63,838 bases of DNA, filler included, from Kipferlia bialata (GCA_003568945.1; 5 parts of 5 records of this genome joined end to end with filler, not necessarily neighbours in it); one strand, 5' to 3'. Shown: positions 1 to 15,500, counted from the first letter of the whole stretch. Notes: generated by a model from the letters alone, not told the origin. Numbers and translations: made by a program.

Positions 1-291
1 ACAACCCAGGGGGGGGCCCCGTACCCCCCCCCCCCCCCCTCCCCCCTCCCCCCATGTTGCCATAAATGATATCTATTTATAGATATATTCATTTGTATGT
101 ATGTATGGGGTATAGAGTCTGCCTCACTAATGGAATGAAACGCTCTCTGTCACATGTATACTACCCCATAGCGTAACCCCCCCCCCGCCCGCCCCACACC
201 TCTGCGTTGGTTTCCATTAGTATTCATAATACAATATTGGATAGTAATATCTATTGAATCCGTTAACACTAATATTCCTATCTGATGTCAG

Positions 292-3200
292 CCATCCGCT
301 CCTGATACCGACAGTGCCTCTCCAGAGGTTGTGTCTCAGCCCACTTCACCCTCTGACAGGTCACGGGAGCTAGTGGACACTCTGCTAGGGTTGGTAGCCG
401 ATCTGGACCTAGCTGAGGTATATATATAGTATGTATTCATATATATATATATACCATCTTTTGGCAGTGAAGTCTGTGGTATATATGCTATACATCCTTG
501 CATCAAGGACACCCATTATTGACTCCATCCCCTCCCCTATATAGCTCATGTCAGGCCGAGAGGTATAGGGTCCACGTTGTTCCCGTGGAGGAGACACAAG
601 GCAGGAGGGGAGAGAGGGAGAGATCCACCCCGGCCTCCAAGCCCCTGAGAGAGGCCCTCAAGTATCTGGTCGAGTACACTCTGAAGAAAGGTAGATACAT
701 GATGCATATTAATTATACATATATCCAATAGATAGCAGTGAGTAGAGTGTAACGCATATAGCGTTAAGGCCATTATATCAAATGAGAGGGGGGGGGGGTA
801 TTATATCAGAGAGAAGTGGAGAATGAGGTATATATATGTAGTCAGAGGGTAATGGGCTCCTACCCCCAATTCACTCTGTACATGGACACACATATGGTAC
901 TATATGCCCTTCTCACACACATCATTATGTGTAAGATCCAGGAGAGATTTGCTGGTATACCTGTTGCATTCCCACCCCAGAGTCCCGTCTGATGGACATG
1001 TACCGCCTCGGAATGCATCTACTGGCAGTGGCCATCCTGCAGCGCCCTGGTATCGACGAAGACACCGTCGTCGGGACTCTCAAACTGATGGGAGCCCTCA
1101 CAGCTACTACAGGTGCTGCCTAGCTTCTGGACTGTGTCTGGAATAGTCCATGTATATTCCAAATTCCGTATTTATCTCTCTTTGTGTACCCTGTCTCTCC
1201 CTTCTTACTCTCAGACCTCCCCCGGCTCTCCTGTGCTGCCAACGCAGGGTTTCACACGGTACGCCTATAAGTACATATCTGGCAGTCGGGACAGCCCCCC
1301 TATGTGCAATCCGTATCCTAATATCTTTCTAGTTACAGTCTTAGTCTCAACCAGGTGACCCTGGCAGTGGCGGGGTCCAATGCCTGGCGCTACAGACCAT
1401 CTGTGGACAATGAAGCAGTTGTGATTCTCGGCCAGATGTCTCGCCTGGGTAGGCCTCAAGACTTGCGAATATATATTAGTATTTCTAGATACACAATTTG
1501 TTATCTTGGATTTATTAACTCATTCCTTCATTGTCAGGTGGCCTGTTTGATGAGAAGACCTCCCAAAGTACCCTGGAAGCTGTAGGGAGGATAATACACG
1601 AGAACAACAGTGACGACGATTGTGACTTCTGCAGTCTCGCCTACGAGGTGCACTCTGTGGCCTGGAACGCTGCGCTGCTACTAAAGAGGCACGCGGGAGG
1701 TACGTCAGATGGAGAGTATACTACGTTCAAGGGATGATTGGGTGTCCATCAACACTCGTCACTCTCATACAATACTGATCAGTGTACACTACTCATGCGT
1801 CCAGCCGATGTCGACTCCATGCCCCAGTGTGACCCGATAAAGCACGTCCGGGTACTCTTGGAGGAAGGAGCAGACGCCCATGCGCAGAGGAGAGCAGTTT
1901 TATTCCTCGTTAAGGCACTAAACTACGTCCACTTTGGTAAGTATTGACTAGAACACCCTGTGGTATATGAAGCCGAAATAGTACATGTGTACTGGAGGCA
2001 GAGCATGGCTGAAATACTATAAGTAGCTATTTGGGTACTCAGTAGAGCATGAGTCTCTTCTCATTATCCAGAACGTGTGGTACTTGACTTTTGCACCAGC
2101 GTAGTCACCCTCTGCCGTGACGTCATCACCCATGAGGACTGCCCACCCGAGTCACAGCTGGAGGCCATGGAGCTGATACGCAGTGTGACAGAAGATACCC
2201 ATAGTAATGGTAAGACGTGCTGCCGTATTGCCGTTGAGTACCAATGACAGCGTTTCACACGTTTGGACATATATAGCGTGTGTCTCTCCCAACTTGTTTT
2301 TACGTAACAGGCAGATGGCTCTCAGATGTGCGGAGCCACTTCCTGCATAGAGGATGTGCGTCAGCAGTGCTATCACTCACCCAGACTGCCGGGCCCGAAC
2401 TTGTATCTGCAGCCCTAGAGACCGCGCTGAACGTGTCAAGCAATGGTATCATGTGCGCACGCCCACTGGGTGAGTAATATTCTCTCTCCTGCCGTCATAG
2501 GTAGTCTTGTATTGTATTCATATCACAATTCTGCTATGCTGTCCTTGTTTGAGCGGTGTCTAATGTTCAGCCCCTAATGATGCCGGCCTCATAGACCTTA
2601 AGGTCCACACTTTTGCCCTTAATGCGATCCAGCGCTTCCCTGACAGTGTTCCGGTGATCAAGCCAGCACTGTCTGTCCTCCATTGGGCCAGGTCTCTCAC
2701 CCGTTGTACGTAACCGATATATCAGTTCTCTCGTAAACTCGTAAATACTTGGTACTCAATTAACGATTGCATACTATTGTACATAGCTTCCACAAGAGTG
2801 TCACGTTAGTATCACACTCACATCCCAGTGCAAGGGATCCCTGTCCCAGGTCTGGATGGGGATGCCGTTGTGACCACTATCCTCGACCTTGTAGAGAGAG
2901 CAGCAGATAATTGGGAGGAGTTGGAGTTGCCCGGCATGCTTCGCATATACGCAAAGACAGGTATGTCATACTGGTGGTTGACGCGTATCTAATTGAGACG
3001 GTATTGAGTCAAGACTCTCTCTCTATCGAATAGAGTCTATTCCAACTCCAGTCCAACCGGAAACAGCTCTGGCTTGCGTACGGTGGTTGGTTGGTGTCAT
3101 GTCCGTACCCTCCCCTCATCGTCGCTACAGATCGATGCTGACACTCTTGGCACTGCCTGACTTCATGCGCATCGCCTCCCCACCCTGCCCTCCCGATGGC

Positions 3201-4266
3201 CCATACCTAATTGGCGAAGAGGTGGCGGCTCTGGTCACCAAAGAGTTCATCGAGGGTGTGCTGGATTACATCAAGACCTCCTGCTTCACCTGGATGGGGA
3301 GTTCCCATACAGGTGGCCTTGCAGCTGCGTGCCATGTTCTTGCGGTGGTGTGCCGAAACCGTTCGTATATCTTCATCCCTATCAACATGAACTGTACCAT
3401 GACAATATGAAGATTGGTGAAGACACTGTTCAACTCCTGGACTATCTTATTCTGTCACGTATATTCCACTAACACTAGGCTCAAACAAGGACAGCGACCG
3501 TGTCTGTGCCCTAGTCGGCGTGTGTGGGGTCATGGACACGTGCAAGAGTCTCGCAAGCCACCACATTGACAGTGCAAATGTCGTCTCGCCCTTGCTGGCG
3601 CCCGTGGCAGCCCTTGCTTCAAATGGTATGGACACGCAAATGACTCTCGCTGGTTGACCAGGACGTTTAGGGCAACAACTATACCAGTAGCTATATATGG
3701 CATATATTATTTGACATGTCTTATACGACATATCTGTTATATATTACAAGACATATATTATCTGTTATGCCGCCGAATGTTTGCCTCACATAACCAGCCT
3801 CACACGTACTGGGGGTTTTCAAGATGAACTTTGGGCGTCTGGCCACCGTATGTCTCAAGAAGCACCCTGAAGATCCCCATGTGTTCAGAAGTGCCGTCAA
3901 GACTCTACTTGGTCTCTCTGCACCTGAGGGTCCAGAGAGTGAGTCTGTGGTGTATATATATACTTACTGTATTAGTTAAGACCCCCATGACCCTTTGATA
4001 AGCGCTCTTTCTGTTTCTTTTAGGGTTATGGGGTGCTGTTATCAGTGTATGGGTAGATAATAGTGTCGTATCTAATTCTAGGTCACTGGCGGCAGACAAC
4101 CCTAGTGAAGCAAGGTGCGGTTCCCCTGCTGCTCCTGGGCATGGCCAAGCATGCCAGTCACACAGCAGAGGGAGAGAGAGACAGTGATACTGAGCGACTC
4201 AGAAGGGCCTGTGTACAGACGCTGGCCAACCTAGGGCACTCGGTGGAGACAGAGGTAGAGACGTAA
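292..4266 (+). CDS. Multi-exon armadillo/HEAT-like repeat protein, 5' partial
   Basis: Hand-stitched GT-AG exons, e.g. 292-417 PSAPDTDS...LDLAE, 554-690 AERYRVHVV...EYTLKK. The last exon, LVKQGAVPLLLLGMAKH...LRRACVQTLANL...VET*, is ARM-like and ends at TAA 4264-4266. Introns are short and have few echoes. Confidence 0.65.
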
Positions 4267-4354
4267 GGACTTGAACGGCGAGGTGGTGTGAGCCACAAGG
4301 GCGACTCGGTATAATAGACGGTCATTTTCTCGTCCTCTATATCTCTACTACACT

Positions 4355-6537
4355 TCAGGATAAATATTTCCTGTAGTCCCATTCTGATAGTATAATGTCA
4401 TCTGAACGGACACGAACACATTGCTTCTTGTGTATGTCCCCCATCCTTCCTACTTCTATGGATACAATGTAGCCTATACTGTTGAATTCCGAGACTTCTA
4501 TTCCCCAATACCCATCGTTCTTGCTTTGATTGAGTCCATAGTGTGTCCCATACACTATAGTCCATAGTGACTATGGTCCATACTCCATACTGCTATGTAC
4601 CATCTCTGGGGTCAGCTCTAGCAGCAGAGTCTCCTGATGCTCTGGAGCCTCACGTGTCTCCTCCACCTTGTGCACCAGAAGCATGCATGAGGGTGTGATC
4701 ATGCCCCCTGTCACAAACTCACCAAAAGGGAGAGGCTTGAGCAGGTGGTAGACTGACGTCACCACGTCATAGATGTACCACCTGTCACCCCCTGGGTACC
4801 CTGCCTCTCTGATTCTCACTGCGTATTCCATATCAGAGAGCATCAGTATGTACCTGTATTGAGAACTCCACATTGAGAACAAACCAAAAGACTTCTTTCA
4901 AAGAAGGGAGACACCCACTAGAAGGTCAAGTAACTGTTGTCCACGTGGGATATGACCTGTTTGAATCACATAACCCTTTAGTACAACTGCCACATTATTG
5001 ATGTGATATGGTATAGTGGTATAACGATTGACCACATACCTCCCAACTGACACCAGGTGCCTAGGTATGAAGGCTCCAGGCCGGTTCCAGTGCTCTACTG
5101 ACATCCTGCAAGGTAAGAGAGCCTCTTCGTGACATTGTGTTGAATAGGAGAGATTTATCTAACTCTAGCACACAAGAGTGTATGAACATGTTATGCTACT
5201 CACCCTGTGTGTGCACTGCATGTCACCCACATATCCCTGCTCCCCCGTGTGTACAGTACACCATCATGCCTCACATAGCACCTGGGGGTCAGTGCTGCTA
5301 TATTGAATTTACACTATATACGATATATAGTATATCTGATAGTATATCTGATAGTATTTATGATATATACTACTGCAAAGTAATGATCAAGTAACTTTAC
5401 TCTATACACATATTTTCAGACATTTGGTATGTGCTTCACACAGCTCCTGGGGTCAGTGATAACAATATTAATTATTGAAACGTATTCATACTGAATAGTA
5501 TTAGATCTATTCTAACACTCAATAGTATTAAGTTGATACTGAATAATTGCTGCTATGCATATTTTCCTTACATATGCATTTTCATCGATATTCCCCCAGT
5601 ACCTATTGTTGCCCAAGTCTTGCTCAGAGAGGTCTCCCTCTAAGGCTGTCCACCTCTCACTCTCCCCGTCTAGCACCTCAGTGACCCCAACCCTCTCGTC
5701 ATTCTGGGGATTGTGTGTCACGTGCCTCGACAGCCCCCCCAGCAGCATCAGATTGCCATCCACACATGCACACATAGGGCCCAGTCTTGGGGTGGGGCGG
5801 ATGGCCTTCTGTGTGAACCTCATGGGCTCACACCTCTCTCTACCGTCTCTCTGTCGAAACTCAATTACCTTCTCATACTCGTATGGCTGGTCCTCTATCC
5901 TGTGCCACTCAAGTGTGGCTAGGTCTAGGCTATGCACCACTAGGGGTCCTGGGTCGCACACTGACACCCAGGGCATGTCTTTAAAGGCACGGGCCTGTGT
6001 CTCATACTGCACAGCGTACACTACACCGTGTCCGACAGAGAGGGTGGGCGCACTGATAGTGTTCCTCTCTAGGGGGCTGGTAGAGGACTCTACCTCTATG
6101 ACAGGGGGAGGGGGGATATCCTCAGTGCTGACAGTGCCATCAGAGTCAACACTCAGCAGCATCAGCCTATAGAGTGAGACCTCTGTTAGTATAAAGTGTC
6201 TCTTGATACTGGGAGACTACAAATAGTAGTATTGCTGATATAGGAGGGTGATTCACCCGGTGAAGCCTCAATACGTTCTTCTGTACCTCAAAACCGGCTG
6301 TCTGTTGTTCTCTGTTACTGAAGAGTCATCTATGGCTCTTACCAGCACAGTTCCATGTGATATAGGCACCACTTGCCGTATGGTGACATTCTAAACAGTT
6401 AGTGTATTGATAGGTAGAACAGACATAAGTATATATATACAATATGATATAGAATCTATGTTAAGGATATACACATATACACATCAAGTCTAGATCTAGA
6501 TTTGCGTTATTCTCTGCAGTTAGTTACCAGTCCTGAA
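4355..6537 (-). CDS. Kelch-type beta-propeller-like protein, multi-exon, start uncertain
   Basis: ORF 5512-6162 has VHSLDLATLEWHRIE and RPTPRLGPMCACVDGNLMLLGG (Kelch GG motif). Downstream exons read RHLVSVGRYILMLS...DRWYIYDVVTSVYHLLKPLP. Both ends are approximate. Confidence 0.6.
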
Positions 6538-6587
6538 CCTCTAGTCAGAACACTCAAATGTAGGGGGCGTTAGAAGAGTAATAAGGT

Positions 6588-6636
<49 letters not shown>

Positions 6637-6736
6637 ATTGGCAGATCAATAATTGTATCTATCTATACCTGCAAAATGTATACACATACACATATTCTCA
6701 CATACCTATATGTTTCAATGCATAAATATACATACA

Positions 6737-7561
6737 CATGCCTGCGATGACCTTGGGGCTGTCAGTGCTGTGTGTCCAGCCAGTGATACATATACACTCA
6801 TATATATACACACACACATATATATATTTACATATACCTACATATATATATACATATATCTATCTCTCCATGCCTGCGATGACCTTGGGGCTGTCACTGC
6901 TGTGTGTCCAGCCAGTGATACTGACAGAGGAGGGGCAGACACCGCAGGTTTCCTAAGAATGAGTACAATTCATATGATATGATACATACTCATTATACAT
7001 ATATTGTTATGAATATATATAATGGAATACTGACAGAGGAGGGGCAGACACCGCAGGTTTCCTGGGGGTCAGCATCAACATCCATATATATAGAGAGAGA
7101 TACATATACATATATACATATATATGTATATATATACTGACAGCGGAGGGGCAGACACCGCAGGTGTTCTAAGAATGAGTACAATTTGTATGATATATAC
7201 ATACTCATTATACATATATTGTTATGTATACAGTGGTATGCTGACAGAGGCTGGACAGGTGTCCTAGATCTACTATACTGGTAGATACACAGATACACGT
7301 ATATATGTGGGACCACACCACACCACAAGACACCAAGATACTCGTAAGAGAGAGTAGGGGGGGGGGGGTCGTAAATATATATATACATACCACGCTTGGC
7401 CCACATACACACATACATGTATAGGTATATATATATGTGTGTGTGTGTAGAGAGAGAGAGAAAGAGAGAAACATACCATGTTGGGACTGTCCCAGAGGTA
7501 AGCGTTGGTGAATGCGCCAGAGTCGGTTGAGTAGTCATCGCTAGGAGTCAGAGACATACAG

Positions 7562-7604
<43 letters not shown>

Positions 7605-8357
7605 GTGGGGTGGTGCCGGAGTCCGAGGAGGGGTCAGAGATACGCAGTAAATATATACATAGATATACATATATATATAGAAAGAGAGAGAGAGACCAGG
7701 TATGCGGTGGTAAATGCTGGGGGAGAACGGTAGAATATATGTATACATATATACATATATATATTGAGAGAGGGAGTCATAACAATATGTACAATATGAA
7801 TACTCATATGTATAATGAATACATAAACTTGTATAGAGAGAGAGAGAGAGAGAAAGAGAGGGAAAGAGAGGGAGCCTGCACTAGGGTCAATAATGCAATT
7901 GATGCATACACACACACATATATATATAGAAATAACTCCATATTAATGTATATATGTGAGAGCGCTTACCCTGTAATGAATATATACATATGCATAGAGA
8001 GAGAGAGAGAGAGAAAGAGCGCTTACCCTGTAATGAAGAGTACGTCATCAACGTAGTCTATGTATTTACCGTAGGACTGAATGCTGGGGAACTCGTAACT
8101 CTGAAGGGTCAAGGGAGGTCAAGAGAGGTCAACCCGGGGGGGGGGGTCATATACAATGACACGTATATAGGTACATGTATAGAGCGAGAGACAAAGTAAA
8201 TTCACTTATATATAATTGTATATATATGAATGATTGAATATATATACATGTAAGTGTATACATACCCTCTGGTACTCCCAGGACAGGTTGTCTGCGGCAC
8301 GGGTGTAGAAGTAGACGGTGTCACGTATCTGGAGGTGAGAGCTTATACACAAATAGG

Positions 8358-8396
<39 letters not shown>

Positions 8397-9209
8397 ACGG
8401 GTGTAGAAGTAGACGGTGTCACGTATCTGGGGGTGAAAGGATATATATATATATATATAATAATATACAAATATATGCATATTTATATAGTGAGAAAGAT
8501 ACACATATGGGAGGAGAGAGAGAGAGAGACGAGAAATGAGGGGAGGGGGGAGAGAGAGAGAGAGAAGAGAGAACCGATATCTTGTCTCCAACGACTATAG
8601 TATGAGAGAGAGGATATATATATAGACGCTGAATGTTGTTTTGTTCTACACTATATCTGTACCTTGTCTCCAACGACCAGGTATATGTATGAATAGACAT
8701 ATAGATGCATACATATGCATACAGACATATGCATATATATATATATATATACACTGTACCTTGTCTCCAATGACCAGGTTGTCACCTGAGAGAGAGCATA
8801 TATATATATATATACACTGTATGAACTGTTCTACAATATATAGTAGTTCTATAGTATATAGTAGTGCATGTACCTTGTCTCCAATGACCAGGTTGTCCCC
8901 TGAGACACCAAGGGAAAAACCAACTGGGGGTGAGGTATATATCTATACATCTATCTATCTATATATATTTATACATATATGCCAACGAGGGACGTACCAA
9001 CTGGGTGTGAGACGACTATATATCAGGATATATATATATTCATCATCGTACTATGCAACATATACAAATATATATATATATATCACTCACTCACATGTGT
9101 GCGTGGAACCGCTGATGGAGGTGGGGGGAGCAATGGTGTCGGTGTAGGTGTAATCCCCAGTGGTGGCATCGCGGGTGTAGGTGATGACACTCTCTGGAGG
9201 GTCAGATAT

Positions 9210-9245
<36 letters not shown>

Positions 9246-9759
9246 GGCTAGTGCATGGTGACACTCTCTGGAGGGTAAGATCCTGACAACCTTACATACA
9301 GAGAGGGAGAGAGAGAATGGCAAAGAGCTCAATTGTATTAGAATGTAATTGGATTCACCCACACCTAGCCCAAAGTGTCCCCAACTGATATGTACTACGG
9401 AAAGAGAGAACTGTGCCACAATGAAACAAAAGGCAGATTTGACAAGCTCCAATGTTACAAATCTGAAACTCACTATACGCATCGCCAAGATAGGTGTTGC
9501 CCAGCACGAGGTACTTGTCTGTGTACTTCATGGGGTTGCCATTGCGACTCTGGCCACCGAGGTCCTTCGTAAGCACCTGCTTGATGCCGTAGCTAGGGTC
9601 AGGAGGGGTAAAAGACCAAATCCCAAACATGAAACGAATTAATCTGCAACACAGGCTGCCGTACCCGCCATTATCCCCTCCCAAGCGCTCCTCAGCAACA
9701 ACTGCAACTGCAAAGAGAGCCGCTACTGCTACGAGCAGCGGTATGACGTGAACTATCAT
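6737..9759 (-). CDS. Secreted/surface FG-GAP-like beta-propeller protein, 3' end not found (runs into the poly-G at 6588-6635)
   Basis: ATG 9759 begins a signal-peptide-like MIVHVIPLLVAVAALFAVAVVA. Exons encode GFSLGVSGDNLVIGDK, SYGKYIDYVDDVLFITG, TVYFYTR and SVITYTRD, matching the FG-GAP-type repeat pattern GxSxxxSGDxLVxG...VYxY. Confidence 0.6.
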
Positions 9760-10097
9760 TGTTTGCGAACGAAGAAAATGGTTTGTTTTCGGCCTTCATG
9801 AGTTTCGAGATTTGGAATCGGCAAATTGGAACACATCCGGTTTGAAAAGTGGTAACTCGCGTTTTGTGGGGCAACTATCTAATTGTACGATTGTGTAAGT
9901 GGTATTCCGATAACACTGTCCTGTTGGTGATACCAGAGAAGCAAATGGTCAACGATCCGGACTTTTATATACACCTTCCCGGACGAGGTTTCTCGATGAG
10001 CACACAGGATGGTACTAGCCCCTTAGAACAATATAACACCACAAAAACAGATTGCTCCACCCTTTATTCATAGTACCAGATTCAATGAATCGATTCA

Positions 10098-12537
10098 TCA
10101 GAATTGGAGGAACTGCATGATTGACTCGTTGGCGCCCTTCCCAAGTGCGATATTCTGCCCAGCCACGCCCTGACCGGGCATGAAGAGGGTAGAGGAGGCG
10201 TCTGGGAGGTTTGGCATGGGTAGGGGTACGGGGAGGGGGGCGGGGGCTACTGAAGCAGGGGCGGCCTGGGGCACGGGGAGAGGGAGAGCAGCGGGTGTGT
10301 TACTGCTAGTAGGGGGTGCCATCCCAGGGACAGGGAGGGGCATAGGCATAGGTAATGCGGTGGGTGCACTACTAGTGCTCACTCCCTGCGGCACAGGGAG
10401 AGGGAGGGCAGTAGGGGCAGCACCAGACGCACTAGATGTGGTAGTCTGTGCGGCACCTGGTACAGGTAGGGGCAGTGCCTGTGCCTTCTCGGCAGCCTTC
10501 CTCTTGGCCTTGCTGGCCTTCTCTCTCTCCCTCTTGATCTGTCTCTTCGTCTTCTCCTTCTTGACGGGTAGGGGCAGGGGGGCAGCTCCAGTAGGCACAG
10601 TTGCAGGTACCGCAGGGGTGGGGGTAGGCAGAGGCTTCGCAGTGGCAGTGTGGGCTGTCTGGGCAGTGGGGAGGGGGGCAGCAATAGCAGTGGCCTTAGG
10701 ACCCTTAGCAGTGACAGTGGGTAGGGGCTTGGCTCCCATAGTGGGCAGTGGAAGAGGGGCGCCTCCCTTCACCACCACCTTCTGGGGGGTCAGTATATAC
10801 AACACACACATAACAGTAACTATTCTCCTATATATATAGACATATATATATATAGGAGAAGTCTATGGTTTTGGCGGCTATCAGGCCTAGCCCCTTATGT
10901 GTTATATACACAACTAGACATACCTTCTGGGGGGTGGGCAGGGGTCTAGATGCACTAGGAGCATTAGAGGTGGGTAGGGGCCGTGGCTTGACCACCACAG
11001 GCATGGGGACGGAGCAGGGCTTGCTCTGACTCCTCTCCCCCTTCCCATGCCCCTTGCCCCTCTTCTTGACACCCATGGGAATGGACTGCCTGTCACTCTG
11101 CCTCTCACGGTCCCACTCACTCCGGTTGCGGGACCTGGGGGTAAGAACATATACACTACATATACACTACAAATACATATATACAATAATATACTACTTG
11201 GTCCCACTCACTCCGGTTGAGGGACCTGAAGTGTGAGGCGAAATTCAATATACATATATATAACATATGTAACTGATACAATACATTCTCATATATCAGA
11301 TACAATAACACACCTGTATCCATCGTCATCAGAGCTGCTAGACACTCACATATATATATCATACACACAGGATACAGTACATTCATACATATAATTATAG
11401 AAATATAGAACATATAACACACCTGTATCCATCGTCATCAGACAACATATATAGTACCAGAATCTTGGTACAAAGTACATATTAATACATATAACACACC
11501 TGTATCCATCGTCATCTGAGCTGCTGCTCAGGTCATCGCACACCCTGGCGCCACGGCCCCTGAGGGTCAGGGAATATATACACTTACAAATATATCACCT
11601 ACCTCATTTATAGTAATATTAGTATATAGTATCTAGAGTATACCCTGGCACCACGGCCCCTGAGGGTCAGGGAATCAATCGGAGAATCAATCGGATGGTA
11701 TCAATCCTATTATACATTACTGAGAGTAGTAATCAGTTGGAGAATCAAACGGATAGCATCAATCCCACATAATACTACCTGGCCCTATGCATATAGTATT
11801 ACTAGCATAAATAGAAATTCTTATACCCATATATATACATATGACCTCACCTGTTTGCCCTCTGCTGGTGCTGTCCTCTATAAATGTAATTTCAAATAAT
11901 AAATTCATACACACACATATATATATGTATATATATATTGATAATTAATTATACTTAACCTCACCTGTTTGCCCTCTGCTGGTGCTGTCCCCTCTTCCTG
12001 GGCTGGTCTAGGCTGGGGGTGAGTATTATCCAAAGTACATAATGTATATATTTATTAGGTATGGGTTTATTTCATACTGCATATCACTAGCATGTAGTGG
12101 AGACAGGTAGGACACACGCTAAGTATACTATATAATACTCATATACATACAGTATGTACCTAACTGCCCCCACCACTAGCAGTGATGACAGTGGTGCCCA
12201 GACAAGTGAATCACATATATACTATATATACTATATATACTACATGGTATATATACCATATAGTGTATATAATGTATTTATATTATGTACCTGACTGCCC
12301 CCACCACCAGCAGTGATGACAGGGGTGCCCAGACAAGGGTGTTGTACCCATGGGCAAGGCCCTCTCCTAGAGGTGAAAGAGAGCAATCGCGTAGAAACAC
12401 AAACATCGTGTAGTAACTAAGTACCTGTGGTACCCATGAGTCCACACCCCTCTCTGGATGCCCTGCCCCATGCCACACAGGCATCGTTGAGGGTGGCAGC
12501 TACAACTACACCTACCTGAGAGTAAGGATATATATAT

Positions 12538-12572
<35 letters not shown>

Positions 12573-15500
12573 CCCATGCCACACAGGCATCATTAAGTGT
12601 GGCAGCTACCACCACTCCTACCTGAGAGGTGAGGTATATATATATATATATGCCACACAGGCATGGTGAGAGTAGGCAGCAACCACTAAGCCAACCCATG
12701 GTAAGGGTGAGTAGTATATGAAGAGAGAGAGATAAAGATACATACACACACACATAATATACATATATATATATACTAATATATACATATGAATGTCTTA
12801 TGTATAAATATTCTAATATATATGTATGCACTCTATGCATACCGTTGTGACGTCTGCCGGTCTGCCCGGGTGGGGCACATTGCCCCCATGCAGCCAGGCC
12901 ACGATAGAGCCTAGAGTGAGGTACTATATGTACTATATATATACTATATATAGGGAGCATTGCCCCCATGCAGCCAGGCCACAATGGAACCTAGAGTGAG
13001 GTGCTATATACACTATATATAATATAGTGACAGAGTATAGTGTATATAGTACATTGCCCATATGAAGCCAGGCCACGATAGAGCCTGGGATCAAAGACTA
13101 TAAGAATATACTATACTGACAATAATAATAGGAATAGTAATAACGCAGCACAATAGTCCCATCATCAGAGTACATTATACATGAACACTACTCACCCTGG
13201 TTGACCCTCTGGGACATGGGTGGGTGCACAACCATATATACCAAATACACAATGTATATATAAAAATCAATATCATTATTAACATATATATATGTATACA
13301 CACCCTGGTTGACCCTCTGGGACATGGGTGGGTGGTGCACAAGGCAGTGGTTGCCTGGGGGTAAGTAAACACATACACACGATAACTATTAACTAGTATT
13401 ATATATTATTATACACATATATATATATATATATATATATAATTATTATACAGTAGGTGGTGCACAAGGCAGTGGTTGCCTAGGATAAGATGATGGGGAA
13501 TACATATATATGACGAATCGGCAGGGGGGAGGGGGATCTTTGATATCTACATGTAGTATCACACAAATATTTACATACCTAGCCCAGAGAGTGCAGCGGG
13601 TGTGTGGGTGATGCCTGGGAGGGACATCAGAGGGGTGGTCTGCACAGTGTCACACACGGCCTGATAGTTAGATAATATATATATATATATATATACATAT
13701 ATAATAGATAGTATATATAGATAGTATATATGGTATATCGATATGAGACATGAGGGGGTTGGTCTGCACAGTGTCACACACGGCCTGAGGGTAAATATAT
13801 ATATAAAAATGAAACAATATAGTATAAATAGCATATAGTATAGAAAGACATGTCATGGTGGTCTGCACAGTACACATATATAGTGTATATTATATATAGT
13901 ATATAAAGTGTATATATGGTATATATATATAGACATCAGAGGGGTGGTCTGTACAGTGTCACAGACAACCTAAGGGTAAGTATATATATATATAGAGATA
14001 TTGAGATAGATACTATATAGATAGTATATATATATGAGACATGAAGGGGGTGGTCTGCACAGTGTCACACACGGCCTAGGGTAAACGTATACAATAATGC
14101 ATACAAGGTATAGTATATCATACCCGAATGAGTGAGTGGTCCATGATGGACACAGCAGGTGGCAGATACTACACCATGTCATATCATATATAATACTTGT
14201 ATACAATATATATACATACATATATACATATATATACATATCTGCCTTACCCTGATCAACGCATGGTCCATGATGGACACAGCCGGAGGGAGGTACTACA
14301 CTATATGTATATATAATAGTAGTATATATGCACGTATATACTATATATCATACCCTAATGAGTGCGTGGTCCATGATGGACACAGCCGGAGGGAGATACG
14401 TCCTCCTGTCAGGCCGTACACAGAACGTGTTGACATAGGTGGTGACAAGGTCGAGGTAACCAACAACAGCCCTGGGGATTAAGGGTATAGAGAGAGGGGG
14501 GGGGGAGAGAGAGCGAGAGAGAGAGAGAGAGAGAGGCGGTGACAATATCCAGGTAGCCAACAACAGCCCTGGGGATTAAGGGTGTATGGAGAGAGAGAGA
14601 GAGAAGTAGAAGTATACCTGGTGCTGGGAGGGGGTAGGGGCAGGGGGTAGGCAGTGTCGTATCCGGATCCCCTAGCCCACTCTCTAGTCTCTGGCTGCCC
14701 AAAGAGGCGGACGCTCTTGATCCTGATGTAAACTACGCGGTTATACCCTGAAACTACGCGATTGTTCGATACCTGGTGTATGGGAACTGCCTGTCTGGCT
14801 TGTCGAACTGATCTGCCAGGGCACGGAAGAGAGTGGGGAACCTAACGCGTTAGTAATAATCCACATCAAAGGATATCTCTCAACATTGTATATCTAGTGT
14901 GTGTGTGTTTGTGTGTACCCACCTGTCTCTGTACTTGGCTATGCACTCCACGCAGTGTCTGCTGACAAAGAGGCCTCTATAGTATATGAATAGATGTATA
15001 TGTATACTATACATGTGTGTATATAGTATGTGATATACCTGTCTCTGTACTTGGCTATGCACTCCACGCAGTGTCTGCTGACAAAGAGGTCCCTGTCACG
15101 AATGGTCACAAAGCCTACACACACCCTGGGAGTGAGAGACCCAAGACCAAATACCTATGCATATTTGTGTATAGACGCAGAGCATCAGAGAAGACGCCAT
15201 GTTGTGTGATATGTATAATCCTACCTGATGTGGCCTCTCTCAAACCCTACCAGTAACAGTACCTATCCTATGCATATACTATACTCTATACTATATATAT
15301 ATATATATATATATAACAATGTACCTTATGTGCCCTCTCTCAAACCCAACCAGGTGCAGTCCACACTCAATGAAACAAATACGTATACATATATATTGAC
15401 AGTATCACCCAGTACTCGGACACATATAGCATCATATATGTATATATATATATATATATATATACCTGATGTGGCCTCTCTCAAACCCTACCAGGTGCAG

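Noticed and set aside
5555..6172. 205-aa plus-strand ORF
   Set aside because: Antisense to the Kelch-like exon.
10180..10839. 219-aa Gly/Arg-rich plus-strand ORF
   Set aside because: Antisense shadow of the Pro-rich XRN1 last exon.
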